From: Ginglymostoma cirratum
Lineage: Eukaryota
Reading direction: 5' to 3'
DNA: 64,000 nucleotides
NCBI GenBank assembly: GCA_024137785.1
Contig: JAHRHZ010000055.1
Coordinates: 591,940-655,939 of the forward strand
In this document: positions 62,195-64,000 of the stretch, in pieces
How the letters are laid out: each line of letters opens with the position of its first letter
Numbering within the stretch: the stretch's first letter is position 1
Translations under genes and position numbers: made by a program
The notes under the pieces: model-generated
What the model was told of the DNA's origin: nothing
Seen by the model: the letters and a program-made list of their open reading frames with translations, nothing else
Database searches by the model: none

Positions 62195-62930
62195 GCCATG
62201 CTTCAAATGGGTACCACTTGCACCTCTGAGTCATGAGGTTGGGAGTTCAAGTCGATTCCAAGACATTTTTAAAAAAAAACTTCATTCACAGGACATGGGC
62301 ATTGCTGTCTAGGGCAGCATTTATTACCTATCACCAATTGCCCCAGAGGGCAGTTAAGAATCAGCCACATTGCTGTGGGTCTGGAGACACATATAGGCCA
62401 GACCAGATAAAGATGCAGATTTCCTTCTTTAAAGGCATTTCCCTCCAATCCAATTGGCAATAGTGTCACAGTTATTAAATTTTTAATTTCAGTTTTTTAG
62501 TGAATTCAAATTCCACCAGCTGCCATAGCGGGATGTGAACCCAGGTCCCCAAAACATTACCTTTGTCTCAAGTTTAATAGCCTAGCGATAATATAACTAG
62601 GCCTTTGCATTCCCTGAGGCAGCAATCGTGGTTGACGCACCTGTGAGTCGGCAGTGCCATCTTTTATCTGAGACATTAAACATGACCCCCAGCGACCCTC
62701 TCAGGGAGATTTAAAGGGGCCCACAGCACTGCAGGAGAAGTATCCCTAAGTGCCCTTGCCACTATGTACCCCTCAAATCAGCAGCATCTCTTTCCCCTCT
62801 CGACACAAGTTGGTTGTCACATTTCCTAGGTTACAGCAGCAACCACGCTTCAAAATAGTAATTAATTAGCAGTAAAACGCTTTGGAATATCTGATGGTCA
62901 TGAAAGATACTGTACAATTAAGACCTTTTC
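62195..62930 (+). mobile_element. Deu-SINE split by a bipartite SINE (62275-62615, minus)
   Basis: Head ctctgagtcatgaggttgggagttcaagtc; body tgagacattaaac..ccctctcagg; insert colinear with 33430-33760. Confidence 0.72.
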
Positions 62931-64000
62931 CTTCCATGTTGTGTCCTAATGTGGATGTGGGGAATTAATAGCATGCATCCTGATAGTGTTCTCCGCACTG
63001 GAGCTAATGGGAATGTATGTAGAGGTTTGCTCGTTCTGACACCTCTTCCATCACTGAAAGGTATTGTTGTCTCATGGGGCACACTGGTTTCCTTAACTTT
63101 GACATTTCATTCAAAATGTTTCATCTCCAATATTCTGATTACTAATGCCTAAGAATGTGACCTCCTCCCCTTCTAGGATTATAAAATTTGTTTGATTACA
63201 ACATCGGAAGATGCCTTTAGATAAAACAAGCTACACTGGCATTTCGTTAGTCACAGTAGGTGTTACAATCCCGAATTGCTGTTCTTTCTCCATATATCCT
63301 TTTACTTTCCAAATAAACATCTACAGGCAAATGGCGGAGTCAAGCTGCATTACTGCAAATAAGCTGCTGCAGAGTTGGCACACAGTTTAATCACATTATT
63401 TTTCTTTAAAAAAAAGCTTTTGAAACAAAACGCATCATATCCTTTACTCTCCTGTGTCTCAGTGACACTGTTTCAGTAAGTACTTTTCCTGGAATAGGTT
63501 ATGAGGCAGAGTTTCCAGTTTAAGGGAAACCACCCCTATGTCAAGACTAACTGACAAGGAGATTAGCCTACCTCTACCACAGGAATACTGGCAGGTTTTA
63601 CAGATTAATATGCAAATTGACGATTTCCCACCCGTCCCCCCAACCGCTAATTATGAATCCATCTACTATTGCTTTCAAAATACTCAAGAACTGTTTCCAC
63701 TGTCTCTTGAGAAAGAAAGTTCCAAAGACTCACTAGCCTCTGTCAGCAAAATGTCATCAACTCGGACTTAAAGGAATGACCCTTGATTCTAGATTTTGCC
63801 AAACAGGAAACATTCTTTCCACATCCACCTTGTCAAGACTCCCTGAGGATCTTGTATGTTTCAATTGCCATCATTCATTCTTCCAAATTCCAGCAAACAC
63901 ACACCAAGCCTGTCCAACCTTCCTTCATACTGCAACCTGTCCATTCTAGGTATTCGTGAAATCACTGTGAATGCCACAGGCAAAGTTAATGTTTACTGTC

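Noticed and set aside
60944-64000. Further upstream STAC exons
   Set aside because: No recognisable coding exon found; the rest of the gene (C1 domain) presumably lies beyond the window
1-64000. CRISPR arrays, operons or other prokaryotic systems
   Set aside because: Vertebrate intron/intergenic DNA; repeats are dispersed transposon copies, not regularly spaced arrays

Overview
Eukaryotic, repeat-rich vertebrate genomic DNA, very probably a shark (HE1/V-SINEs, Deu-type SINEs, abundant CR1 and Penelope elements), with two N-gaps (16830-17249, 58878-59277). Most listed ORFs are spurious. The only host gene I can support is the 3' half of a STAC-family (STAC2-like) gene on the minus strand: four coding exons (60846-60943, 54161-54212, 45878-46015, 35503-35601) splice in frame into the tandem SH3 domains and stop codon. 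The 52-nt exon has a second copy at 55766-55817. The rest is nested mobile DNA: a degenerate Gypsy LTR element inside a CR1 LINE, many CR1 fragments and several SINE families. Main points of interest: (1) four families of Penelope-derived repeats carrying minimal hammerhead ribozyme cores, often as short palindromic inserts with 11-15 bp target-site duplications (TSDs); (2) a LINE that starts with a tRNA-like head running straight into an endonuclease, and a SINE family that looks like its internal-deletion derivative; (3) the duplicated STAC exon. Repeat boundaries are by eye and approximate unless a TSD is given.
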